Part shown: positions 39,302 to 48,645 of the stretch, piece by piece
Layout of the letters: the number at the start of each line of letters is the position of its first letter
How positions within the stretch are numbered: position 1 is the stretch's first letter
From: Deferribacterales bacterium
GTDB taxonomy: Bacteria > Chrysiogenota > Deferribacteres > Deferribacterales > Geovibrionaceae
Direction: 5' to 3'
Length of the DNA: 64,000 bases
Assembly: GCA_050251875.1 (NCBI GenBank)
Contig: JBFWMA010000007.1
Location: 1 to 64,000 of the forward strand
The notes under the pieces: model-generated
Told to the model about the DNA's origin: nothing
Database searches by the model: none
Seen by the model: the letters and a program-made list of their open reading frames with translations, nothing else
Translations under genes and position numbers: made by a program

Positions 39302-40384
39302 ATGAGTTTTTTTAAAAATCTTTTTAATGTTATTTTTTTACCTTTTAAAATAATCTATCACGTTTTAATCACAATACTGCTTCTAGTTTATAGACCAATC
39401 AAAAATTATCTCAGCGGTTCTTTTATCATTCAAGTGTCAGTAATAGCGAGCATCATCACAATTGCATTATTCTTTACTGACAATATCAAACCTCTTATAA
39501 AACATACAGAAAGCAATACTGAACAAACTGAAAGAGATGATGCTGCTTATCTGGACAAAGGAAACCTGATAACCGGAAGATTCTGGGAAAGACCAAATTT
39601 ATCTTATGAAATACCCAAAGATACTAATGATACAAATTATATTAACTTTGAAGGTGGAGATAAAATAGATGCCGAGTTAGCAAGCAAGAATGAGATTATT
39701 GATATCATTGAACTTATTACTTTTATCACAGATATCGGTGAATTATGGCCTTCAGATCTTGCGGGTTTAAAAATACATTGGAACGATAATCTCAAAGAAG
39801 ACTTATTCAGAAAACACTACTTTTCTGATCCAGATGCATCAAAATATAATTTAGACTATTCCCCGATTTTTGCAGACTACAAAGACGGTTATTTCTATGG
39901 ATACCATAACAATAAAAGGGATATCGCATATAGAATAGGTAACGGTCTCGAACCCGCAAAATGGTATATAAGAGCATATACATGTGACTACAGTTCAAGT
40001 TGTTCCCATAGCTATAATAATTTCTTAATTGTTCCCCCTGTTATCAAGACAGGGATTATCAGTCTTTTCAACCAGAATGTATTTATTTCTATTCTGAGAA
40101 AAAATAATATTAAATTTGATATATTATATTCTTACGACTATTCATCATCTGAAATACCAAGTGAAAACAGCTTGTATAGTTACTTTTCATCTCAGCTACT
40201 GGTCAAAATCAATTATTCTATCATCGAGGTACTAGAAATAGCTGGCGGCAATGCTGGATGGCATGAAGGAAGAATCAGAATATGGCCATTAGATGAATTC
40301 AGTAATAGTCCAGAATACACAAATAAGTTAATTTTACAGTTCATCGGTAAGAACATTGAAAAAATCATGGATATGAATGGTTAG
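39302..40384 (+). CDS. AT-rich hypothetical membrane-anchored protein
   Basis: Long ORF, N-terminal hydrophobic segments, composition clearly more AT-rich than flanks; start uncertain (39257 GTG or 39302 ATG). Confidence 0.65.
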   Translation: MSFFKNLFNVIFLPFKIIYHVLITILLLVYRPIKNYLSGSFIIQVSVIASIITIALFFTDNIKPLIKHTESNTEQTERDDAAYLDKGNLITGRFWERPNLSYEIPKDTNDTNYINFEGGDKIDAELASKNEIIDIIELITFITDIGELWPSDLAGLKIHWNDNLKEDLFRKHYFSDPDASKYNLDYSPIFADYKDGYFYGYHNNKRDIAYRIGNGLEPAKWYIRAYTCDYSSSCSHSYNNFLIVPPVIKTGIISLFNQNVFISILRKNNIKFDILYSYDYSSSEIPSENSLYSYFSSQLLVKINYSIIEVLEIAGGNAGWHEGRIRIWPLDEFSNSPEYTNKLILQFIGKNIEKIMDMNG

Positions 40385-40637
40385 ACCAAAAACTGATTTT
40401 AACTATAAATCAGAAAAAAAGTCTCTGCTGTGCAGCTGTGCTGTTTGCCGCAGATGCAACAGGTGAACTGAAGAATGTGTTCAGGTTGTTGATGCCTGTT
40501 ATTTGCATAGCATGACTCCGTCAGTGAAATTCTGCCTGATTCACCTATCGTCTACATGTGAAATATCTTAACGAAAACTGGGGATAAGTGTCGGCAAATA
40601 AAAAAACCACTAAGCGATTGATTCCAAAGAGATTTAA

Positions 40638-40870
40638 AATCGGAATGACAGGATTGAGGCAAACAAGTTCGCCATTCTGCACCAGGCAACAAAAAAAAGA
40701 GGCAACAGCCAAAGCTGATGCCATATGAAATTGATAAAAAGATCTTGATATGAAATGTTGAAGATATACTAGACTGCCTTTATGACAGGATTGAAGCCGA
40801 ACTGCGTTCGCCTAATCCTGCAACCGGCAACAAAAAAAAAGAGGCAACAGCCAAAGCTGATGCCTCTTTT
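40638..40870 (-). repeat. two ~85-90 bp direct repeats, each a tRNA-Pro 3' fragment plus terminator
   Basis: Units 40638..40722 and 40782..40870 share ATGACAGGATTGA...GGCAAC-A8/9-GAGGCAACAGCCAAAGCTGATGCC; ATGACAGGATT also occurs in the tRNA 3' end. Confidence 0.85.
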
Positions 40871-40871
40871 T
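40832..40871 (-). terminator. intrinsic terminator of tRNA-Pro
   Basis: AAAAAGAGGCA-ACAGC CAAA GCTGA-TGCCTCTTTTT with A9 run. Confidence 0.85.
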
Positions 40872-40876
40872 ATTAA

Positions 40877-40950
40877 TCGGGATGACAGGATTTGAACCTG
40901 CGACCACACCCACCCCAAGGGTGTACGCTACCAGTCTGCGCTACATCCCG
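40877..40950 (-). tRNA. tRNA-Pro(GGG)
   Basis: CGGGATG acceptor stem; anticodon arm CACCC-TTGGGGT-GGGTG; GGTTCAAATCC T-arm; CCA not encoded. Confidence 0.97.
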
Positions 40951-41088
40951 TTATCCTGTCTAACTACCTGTTTGACAGGAGAGTGTTATATACCAAAGCT
41001 GGTTACCCATGTCAAGAAAATTGTAAGAAAAATTAACATTGATTCATAAACCCCCGAAAATAGGGCTTTCTAGAAAAAATCTAATCTT

Positions 41089-41127
41089 TTAATGAAAGTC
41101 TGACATTGGCTTAACAAATATTTTACA
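41089..41127 (+). promoter_or_regulatory. putative Pho-box direct repeats
   Basis: TTAATG, CTGACA, TTAACA, TTTACA at exact 11-bp spacing (41089, 41100, 41111, 41122) upstream of pstS. Confidence 0.6.
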
Positions 41128-41187
41128 ACTCCATAGTAAACCTTACGCTATCAGTTATATTGATGAAAATCCAGACAGGAGGATTAA

Positions 41188-42201
41188 ATGAAAAAGCTCA
41201 CAACGCTTGTGCTGTCCATAATCGCACTCGCAGCATTCACATTCTCTGCCCACGCCAGAGACCAGATCAGAATTGTAGGTTCCTCTACAGTGTATCCTTT
41301 CGCATCTTATGTTGCTGAGGAATTCGGAGCCACAGGAAAATTTAAAACACCTATCATCGAGTCCACAGGTTCAGGCGGCGGTCACAAACTTTTCGCAGCC
41401 GGCACAGACCTCAACACTCCCGACATCACTAACTCTTCCAGAAGAATGAAAGACAGCGAATTCAACAAAAACATGGAAGTAGGAAACAAAGAAATAACAG
41501 AAGTTATCATCGGATATGATGGTATCGCTGTTGCGTTCAACAAAAAGAACCCCGATCTTAACCTTACAAGAAACGACCTGTTCCTTGCTGTTGCCGCTGA
41601 AGTACCCCAAGGTGGAAAACTTGTAGCTAACCCCTACAAATACTGGGACGAAGTTAACTCATCACTCCCCCACAAAAAAATCGTGATCTACGGACCTCCC
41701 ACATCTTCCGGTACTAGAGACGCTTTCGAAGAGCTCGTAATGGAGCACGCTTCTAAGAGCTTCCCCGAGTACGGCAAAACAGCATACAAAAAAATCCGTC
41801 AGGACAACGGCTACATCCCCGCTGGCGAAAACGACAACCTTATAGTTCAGAAACTGGCTAAAGACGCTGACGCTATGGGCATCTTCGGCTACTCATACCT
41901 TGAAGAAAACGGCGACAGAATTAAAGGCGCTTCCATCGATGGCGTAACACCTATCCCCGTTAACATTTCTTCAGGCAAATACCCGATATCAAGATCACTT
42001 TTCTTCTATGTAAAACTCGGTCACATCGGCATGGTTCCCGGAATCCAGGAATATGTTGACCTTTTCCTTAACGAAAAAATGATCGGCGATAAAGGTCTTC
42101 TGAAAAAAATCGGTCTTATCCCCCTTCCCAAAGCAGAAAGAGATGCTATGCGCGCAAGATGGGCTAAACACCAGAACCTTACACTTAACGATCTCAAATA
42201 A
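41188..42201 (+). CDS. pstS: phosphate ABC transporter substrate-binding protein
   Basis: 'IRIVGSSTVYPF', 'ESTGSGGG', 'GPPTSSGTRDAF', 'YPISRSLFFY'. Confidence 0.95.
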   Translation: MKKLTTLVLSIIALAAFTFSAHARDQIRIVGSSTVYPFASYVAEEFGATGKFKTPIIESTGSGGGHKLFAAGTDLNTPDITNSSRRMKDSEFNKNMEVGNKEITEVIIGYDGIAVAFNKKNPDLNLTRNDLFLAVAAEVPQGGKLVANPYKYWDEVNSSLPHKKIVIYGPPTSSGTRDAFEELVMEHASKSFPEYGKTAYKKIRQDNGYIPAGENDNLIVQKLAKDADAMGIFGYSYLEENGDRIKGASIDGVTPIPVNISSGKYPISRSLFFYVKLGHIGMVPGIQEYVDLFLNEKMIGDKGLLKKIGLIPLPKAERDAMRARWAKHQNLTLNDLK

Positions 42202-42227
42202 GATAACTCGTGTCTATGGTCTGCCGT

Positions 42228-42248
42228 TTCGGCGGCAGACCTTTTTTT
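42228..42248 (+). terminator. pstS-pstC intercistronic hairpin/terminator (approximate coordinates)
   Basis: GGTCTGCCG-TTTCGG-CGGCAGACC followed by T7; the stem begins about 42218. Confidence 0.75.
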
Positions 42249-42272
42249 ATAACTTGCTGTTTGGAGAATCAG

Positions 42273-43514
42273 ATGCTTAAAGTTCTTTTATACTTTCTCA
42301 TAGGCGTACTTCCCCTCTGCTACATGGCTTTCTACATCGGAAGAAACAAGGCCAGACAAGGCGAGGCCTCTCTGGGAGAAAGATACCACTCCAGACCGGG
42401 TCACTACGGCTGGTACGCTGTCATATGGATGGCGGTTCCCTCTATGGTGATCTCATTTGTTTTCACCCTTCTTGGTTCTTCCAAGATATTTGTCGTTCCC
42501 GCCGCAATGCGCATCTCTACCCTACTTATTCTGGCGGCTTTCGGTCTTTGGTTTGCTCTGAGACAGATCAATCCTTCACTCCGCGCCAGAAATTTTATCG
42601 AGCAAACAATCAAGGTGGCGCTCGTTACAGCGTCTCTTGTTTCTATAATAACCACGATAGGAATCGTGTTCTCAATTCTTTTCGAGGCTATGCACTTTTT
42701 CAGCAAGGTCTCCATATGGGATTTCATAACAGGCACCGAGTGGAGCCCGGACACAGCGTTTCTGGAAGGTGCCGGACGTGACGCTTCCGGAGCGTCACAG
42801 GCTCAGTTCGGTTCTCTCCCCATATTCTCAGGCACATTTATGATAACCCTGATAGCCCTCGCTGTTGCCGTTCCCGTTGGTCTGTTCTCGGCTATATTCA
42901 TGTCGGAATACGCCAGCAACAAGGTACGGGGAATGGTTAAGCCCGTTCTGGAGATACTCGCCGGTATCCCCACGGTGGTATACGGCTTCTTCGCCGCTAT
43001 CACAGTGAGCCCGCTCGTGGTGAACACCGCGGAAAGGTTAGGTTTTCAAGCTGATTACACCAACGCCCTCAGCCCCGGTCTGGTTATGGGCATTATGATA
43101 ATTCCGTTCGTATCGTCTCTTTCGGATGACGTTATAAACGCTATACCCCAGAACATGCGTGAAGGATCTCTGGCGCTGGGAATGACCCGGTCAGAAACCA
43201 TGAAGCACGTTCTGCTCCCCGCCGCCCTGCCCGGCATCATCTCCGCTGTTCTGCTGGCTCTTTCCAGAGCCATAGGCGAAACAATGATAGTGGTGATGGC
43301 AGCAGGTCTCCAGCCGAACCTCACATGGAACCCGCTGGAGGGCATGACAACAGTAACGGTAAGAATCGTTGACGCTCTGACAGGCGACCAGTCCTTCGAC
43401 AGCCTTGAGACGCTCTCGGCTTTCGGTCTGGGTTTTGTTCTGCTTATAGTGACGCTGATTCTGAACATAGTTTCCAGCATCGTTATCAGAAAGTTCCGCA
43501 AACAATATGTATAA
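42273..43514 (+). CDS. pstC: phosphate ABC permease PstC
   Basis: 'KPVLEILAGIPTVVYGFF', 'SRAIGETMIV'; ATG after GGAG. Confidence 0.95.
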   Translation: MLKVLLYFLIGVLPLCYMAFYIGRNKARQGEASLGERYHSRPGHYGWYAVIWMAVPSMVISFVFTLLGSSKIFVVPAAMRISTLLILAAFGLWFALRQINPSLRARNFIEQTIKVALVTASLVSIITTIGIVFSILFEAMHFFSKVSIWDFITGTEWSPDTAFLEGAGRDASGASQAQFGSLPIFSGTFMITLIALAVAVPVGLFSAIFMSEYASNKVRGMVKPVLEILAGIPTVVYGFFAAITVSPLVVNTAERLGFQADYTNALSPGLVMGIMIIPFVSSLSDDVINAIPQNMREGSLALGMTRSETMKHVLLPAALPGIISAVLLALSRAIGETMIVVMAAGLQPNLTWNPLEGMTTVTVRIVDALTGDQSFDSLETLSAFGLGFVLLIVTLILNIVSSIVIRKFRKQYV

Positions 43515-43531
43515 TTAATCGGGAATAACAA

Positions 43532-44695
43532 ATGGACAGAGAAAAAAGAAGACAGCAGAGAATAAGAAAAAGATACAGAGGCGAAACATTCTTCAGATCC
43601 TGCGCCCTGATGGCGATAGTGGTCGCCGCCTCGTTTCTGATATTCTTTCTCGTGGACATAGTCCGCACAGGCTACACCGCCTTTCAGCAGACAGAAATCA
43701 ATGTTGACGTGGTCTACAATCAGGATACAGTGGATTTTCCCCAGACTGCCGTTCCCGATGAACTCTCAGATCTGGTCAGCCGAGGTTTTCTGCGTCTGAT
43801 CCCCGGTCAGGTGGAGGAGAACCCCGATCTGATGGGAACCACACAGAATTTGTGGATTCTGGCAGAGGCTGAGGTGGATCAGTATTTCAAAGGCAAGCCG
43901 AACAAGCTGGACGAAGAAGAGATCGCTGTTGTGGAAAAACTGAGAGCTGAAGGCAAAATCAAAAAATTCTTCAACAAAGGATTTTTTACCAACGGCGACT
44001 CAAAGCTCCCCGAAATGGCGGGTCTGAAATCCGCTGTGGTGGGTACACTCTATGTACTGATGCTGACTATGCTGTTCTCCATCCCGGTGGGCGTCATGAC
44101 AGCCATATATCTGGAGGAGTTCGCCGCCGACAACTGGGTGACCAGAATCATAGAGGTAAACATAAACAACCTCGCCGCCATCCCCTCGATCATCTTCGGT
44201 CTTCTGGGTCTGGCGATATTCATAAACATATTCGGAGTACCCAGATCATCTGCTCTCGCAGGCGGTCTGACACTCTCTCTGATGACACTTCCCGTCATCA
44301 TCATAAGCACCAGAGCATCTCTGCGCTCCGTGCCCGACACCATACGTCAGGGCGCTCAGGGCGTGGGCGCTTCACCCTGGCAGGTGGTGTGGCATCACAT
44401 ACTGCCCCTCTCGCTGCCCGGAATAATGACAGGCTCAATCATCGGTCTGGCGCACGCCATGGGCGAAACAGCCCCCCTTCTGATAGTCGGTATGCTGGCA
44501 TATATTCCCTCTGCCCCCACCAGCATCACAGAGGCGGCAACGGTTCTTCCGGCGCAGATATACACATGGTCTGCCGATTCACTTAGAGCCTATACAGAAC
44601 GTACGGCTCTTGGTATTATAGTTCTGCTGAGCATACTTCTGATGCTGAATGCGGTTGCGGTTGTTCTCAGAAACAAGTATGAACGTAAATGGTAA
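43532..44695 (+). CDS. pstA: phosphate ABC permease PstA
   Basis: 'AIYLEEFA', 'NLAAIPSIIFGLLG', 'GETAPLL'. Confidence 0.95.
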   Translation: MDREKRRQQRIRKRYRGETFFRSCALMAIVVAASFLIFFLVDIVRTGYTAFQQTEINVDVVYNQDTVDFPQTAVPDELSDLVSRGFLRLIPGQVEENPDLMGTTQNLWILAEAEVDQYFKGKPNKLDEEEIAVVEKLRAEGKIKKFFNKGFFTNGDSKLPEMAGLKSAVVGTLYVLMLTMLFSIPVGVMTAIYLEEFAADNWVTRIIEVNINNLAAIPSIIFGLLGLAIFINIFGVPRSSALAGGLTLSLMTLPVIIISTRASLRSVPDTIRQGAQGVGASPWQVVWHHILPLSLPGIMTGSIIGLAHAMGETAPLLIVGMLAYIPSAPTSITEAATVLPAQIYTWSADSLRAYTERTALGIIVLLSILLMLNAVAVVLRNKYERKW

Positions 44696-44725
44696 GTAAC
44701 ACTCGGTTAATGAGCGGAGAAATAA

Positions 44726-45490
44726 ATGGAAAATAAGTTTAAAATGAAATCTGAGGCGCTGAATTTCTACTATGGGGATTTTCATGCTCTCAGGGATATC
44801 AACCTGACCTTTCCCGAAAAGAAAGTTACAGCTCTGATAGGTCCTTCCGGATGCGGCAAGTCAACCTATCTGAGATGTTTCAATAGAATGAACGACCTGA
44901 TAAAAGGCATTAAGGTTGTCGGCGGAATCTTTCTGGACGATCAGGAGATCCACGACCCCAAGCTCGATGTGGTGGAGCTCCGCAGACGGGTGGGAATGGT
45001 TTTTCAAAAACCCAACCCCTTCCCCAAGACCATCTATGAAAACATCGCCTATGCGCCCAGAATCCACGGTCTGGTCTCCAAAGGAAGCGAGATGGACGAT
45101 CTGGTGGAAGAATCGCTGAAAAAAGCTGGTCTCTGGGACGAGGTAAAAGACAGGCTGAAATCTCAGGCGACAGCTCTTTCCGGCGGACAGCAGCAGAGAC
45201 TCTGCATAGCCAGAGCGCTGGCTATGGAACCCGAAGTTCTGCTGATGGACGAACCCGCTTCCGCTCTGGACCCTATCGCCACACAGAAGATAGAGGAGCT
45301 GATATACGAGCTGAAGGAACGCCTCACCGTTATCATCGTTACCCACAACATGCAGCAGGCGGCGAGAGTGTCCGACTACACAGCTTTCTTCTACATGGGA
45401 GAGCTGATAGAAGTGGGCGACACCAGCACCATTTTCACCAACCCTTCCGTTAAAAAGACTGAGGATTACATTACCGGACGTTTCGGCTGA
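44726..45490 (+). CDS. pstB: phosphate ABC ATPase PstB
   Basis: GPSGCGKST, '[11 protein letters not shown]', [14 protein letters not shown], ends YITGRFG. Confidence 0.97.
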   Translation: MENKFKMKSEALNFYYGDFHALRDINLTFPEKKVTALIGPSGCGKSTYLRCFNRMNDLIKGIKVVGGIFLDDQEIHDPKLDVVELRRRVGMVFQKPNPFPKTIYENIAYAPRIHGLVSKGSEMDDLVEESLKKAGLWDEVKDRLKSQATALSGGQQQRLCIARALAMEPEVLLMDEPASALDPIATQKIEELIYELKERLTVIIVTHNMQQAARVSDYTAFFYMGELIEVGDTSTIFTNPSVKKTEDYITGRFG

Positions 45491-45514
45491 TCCTTATTTT
45501 TTTATGATATCAGG

Positions 45515-45537
45515 GGGCGGTTCAACCGCCCTTTTTT
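45515..45537 (+). terminator. intrinsic terminator of the pst operon
   Basis: GGGCGGTT-C-AACCGCCC followed by T6. Confidence 0.85.
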
Positions 45538-45675
45538 ATTTGTCACATCACTGTCAAATTCTTGCAAACTATTCTTATTATTTACTAATTTTACCATTTA
45601 TTATTTGACTGACACACCCTCAGATTTTACAATCCAGCATAAACAAAACTCATTAATAATATTTAGGGGCGTGTT

Positions 45676-47667
45676 ATGCGGTTAGTCCAGATTTTTAAAA
45701 ACATGCGGATCAAGACAAAAACACTTCTTCTTTTTGCGGCGTGTCTCATCATGAGTCTCTCTGTGACGGGTTACTTCGTCATCAGAAACATCGAGACCTA
45801 TTTTTCCAAGCAGGTGGAAACACTCCTGACGGCTCAGGCAAACTCTTTCAGGGACAGGCTGTCCGGATTCAACGAGCTGTCCAAAAAACTCGCCGACTCC
45901 AACAAAGACGATATCAAAATGATCCTCAGCAACGAGCTGAACTCAATCAACGATACAGCGGAGAGGATATACAGCGCCTACACGATAGCAGGAGAGAGCG
46001 GAGAGGCGATCAAATTCAGAATAATGGATGTAGCGGATAAAAAGAAAATAGGAAAGAGCGGGTTCGCCTTTGCTCTGGATACAGACAGCTTCTTTTCCGT
46101 TATGCCTGATTACGCGCTGAAAGACGAGGGATCGCTCTTTCAAAAACTGAATAATAAAAGCGAGCTGTCGGTCATAGAATCAAAACGGGGCGACAAACTC
46201 TACACCATGTGCGGTTTCAGCGAAAAATATCAGTGGCTTCTGTGCGCCGCCATGCCGGAGAAAGAGGCGTCCGCCGGGTCGATATACATAGACAACTACG
46301 CAGAGCAGTCGTTCGCCGATTTCATACATAACACCACTCTGGCAAAAACCGGCTATTACTATGCCATAGACATGACCGGAAAGGTTCTTCTGCACCACGA
46401 CAAAGAGACGGAAGGACGGGACCTGTCCGGCGAACCGTTCATACAGACCATGCTGAAGAATAAGAACGGCACCATGACATATACATGGAACGGCAGGACA
46501 AAGCTGATAAGCTATGCCTACATAGAGCCTCTGAACTGTATTCTGGCGGGCGGAGCGAGCAAGCAGGAGCTGGCGGGCAATTTCTTTACCAAGATAATAT
46601 TCCGGTTCACCATGACGGCGGCGCTGATGCTGGTGATAGCATCGCTTCTGATGAACACCCTGTTTAAAAACAACATAGTAAAACCTCTGAACAAACTCGG
46701 CGCTTTCATGGAAAAAATATCCACTGGCGACCTGTCGGTCAGATGCGAGATAAACAGAAAAGACGAAGTCGGCTCCATGGGCGAGCTGATAAACGGCATG
46801 ATAGAAAGATTCGGCTCAGCCATGAAAGACGTAAAACACGCCTCAGACGATGTCAGCTCCCACTCCATAAGCCTCACAGACGCCAGCGCCCAGCTATCGG
46901 AAGCCATTAAGTCACAGTCGGAGAGAACGGCTGACGTGGAACTGGCGGTTCGTGAGATATTAAAATCATTCGAGAGCATCTCCGGAAATATAGAGAATGT
47001 CAGCTCGGAAATCATGAGCATCAGACAGAGCGCCTCAGACGGTCAGTCAACGCTGGAATCAACAGTGAAAGGCATCAACACGCTCACATCTACGGTCATG
47101 AACACTGCGGAGAATATAAACAGCCTCGGAAGCTCGTCAGAGCACATCACAGAAATTCTGAAAGTAATCACGGACATAGCCGAGCAGACCAACCTGCTGG
47201 CGCTGAACGCCGCCATAGAAGCCGCCAGAGCCGGAGAACACGGCAGAGGATTCGCCGTGGTGGCGGACGAGGTGCGGAAACTGGCGGAGCGGACACGCAC
47301 AGCCACGGAAGAGATATCCACCATGACGGAAAACATCCGCAAGCAGGTGCAGGTATCTGTGAACGACATAGCCTCCGGTGCGAAACTGGCGCAGGAGGGC
47401 GAACAGATGGTTTACGGGCTGAAGACAGCTCTGGACAGCATCATCACAGGCGTAATCGGCGTATCAGACAGCATACAGTCCGTGTCGGCGGCGATGGAAC
47501 AGCAGAACCAGTCCAGCAGGCAGATATCCGAGAACTCAGCCACCATAGCGTCATATTCCAAGACCAACTCAGAGATAGCTTTTTCCAACAAAGAACAGGC
47601 GATGCTCCTTTCCAAACTTTCCGAAAAACTAAACGGATCGGTGAAAAGATTCATATTGAAGAACTGA
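45676..47667 (+). CDS. methyl-accepting chemotaxis protein with Cache domains
   Basis: 2 TMs, HAMP, '[40 protein letters not shown]'. Confidence 0.95.
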   Translation: MRLVQIFKNMRIKTKTLLLFAACLIMSLSVTGYFVIRNIETYFSKQVETLLTAQANSFRDRLSGFNELSKKLADSNKDDIKMILSNELNSINDTAERIYSAYTIAGESGEAIKFRIMDVADKKKIGKSGFAFALDTDSFFSVMPDYALKDEGSLFQKLNNKSELSVIESKRGDKLYTMCGFSEKYQWLLCAAMPEKEASAGSIYIDNYAEQSFADFIHNTTLAKTGYYYAIDMTGKVLLHHDKETEGRDLSGEPFIQTMLKNKNGTMTYTWNGRTKLISYAYIEPLNCILAGGASKQELAGNFFTKIIFRFTMTAALMLVIASLLMNTLFKNNIVKPLNKLGAFMEKISTGDLSVRCEINRKDEVGSMGELINGMIERFGSAMKDVKHASDDVSSHSISLTDASAQLSEAIKSQSERTADVELAVREILKSFESISGNIENVSSEIMSIRQSASDGQSTLESTVKGINTLTSTVMNTAENINSLGSSSEHITEILKVITDIAEQTNLLALNAAIEAARAGEHGRGFAVVADEVRKLAERTRTATEEISTMTENIRKQVQVSVNDIASGAKLAQEGEQMVYGLKTALDSIITGVIGVSDSIQSVSAAMEQQNQSSRQISENSATIASYSKTNSEIAFSNKEQAMLLSKLSEKLNGSVKRFILKN

Positions 47668-47717
47668 CCTCATTGGTGTAGTGTTCTCTTTCCCTCAAAA
47701 AAAAAGGACACTGCACC

Positions 47718-48602
47718 ATGAACCTGAAACTCAGAGAATATTTAGCCGACACATCGCTGATCACCATATCGCTGATATGGGGAAGCACATTTATAATCGT
47801 TAAAAAGACAGTCGAGCTTTTTGAGCCCATCACTTTTGTGGGGCTCAGATTCACCCTGGCGTTTCTCATCATGCTGCCCTTCTGCTGGTCCAGAAGAAAG
47901 TATTTTAACACAAGGCTGCTGAAGGACGGTCTGATAATAGGCGTTTCGCTCTTTATCGTTTTCACCTTTCAGACTCTGGCGCTTAAATACAGCCCCGCTT
48001 CGGAGGTGGGTTTTCTCACCGGTCTCTATGTTCTTTTTGTGCCTGTTCTGTCCGCTGTCTTTCTGAAGAAATATCCCCATATCTTTTCGTGGATAGGCGT
48101 TATCTTCTCCGCTATGGGTATGATGATGATAACCATGACAGACAGCCTGAGTCTCTCCCTGGGGCAGACTTTTGCCATTCTGAACGCTTTTTTCATAGGC
48201 ATACAGATAATCCTGACGGACACATATTCCAGAAAACACGATGTGATACTGCTCACAGCCATAGAGATAGGCACAGTGGCGGTATTCTCCATGATATATT
48301 CAGTTCTGTTCGAAAACCCGGACTATTCACAGCTTAAGCACAGCTATGTCTTTTACTCGCTGATGTTTAACGCCGTGATAGCCACCGTCTTCTGTTTTTT
48401 CATCCAGATGGCTATGCAGAAGCACACCACACCGACAAAAGCCGCTATCATGTTCACCATAGAACCAATATCGTCAGCGTTTTTCAGCTTTTTCATCGGA
48501 AGCGAAATCATGCTGTTTAAACAATACGCCGGGGCGGCAATGATAGTCGCCGCCATCATCTTAGCGGAAGCCGGAACCTATCTCCGCCTTTCAAAAAAAT
48601 AA
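47718..48602 (+). CDS. EamA/DMT family transporter
   Basis: 'IWGSTFIIVK', 'GFLTGLYVLFVP', 'QKHTTPTKAAIMFTIEP'; about 10 TMs. Confidence 0.92.
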   Translation: MNLKLREYLADTSLITISLIWGSTFIIVKKTVELFEPITFVGLRFTLAFLIMLPFCWSRRKYFNTRLLKDGLIIGVSLFIVFTFQTLALKYSPASEVGFLTGLYVLFVPVLSAVFLKKYPHIFSWIGVIFSAMGMMMITMTDSLSLSLGQTFAILNAFFIGIQIILTDTYSRKHDVILLTAIEIGTVAVFSMIYSVLFENPDYSQLKHSYVFYSLMFNAVIATVFCFFIQMAMQKHTTPTKAAIMFTIEPISSAFFSFFIGSEIMLFKQYAGAAMIVAAIILAEAGTYLRLSKK

Positions 48603-48645
48603 AGGATCAGTTGAAAATGGCGCTGATATACTTTAAATTTGAAAT

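Noticed and set aside
40638..40890. Repeated units as a CRISPR array
   Set aside because: Only 2-3 degenerate copies with irregular spacing, derived from tRNA and terminator sequence; no cas genes
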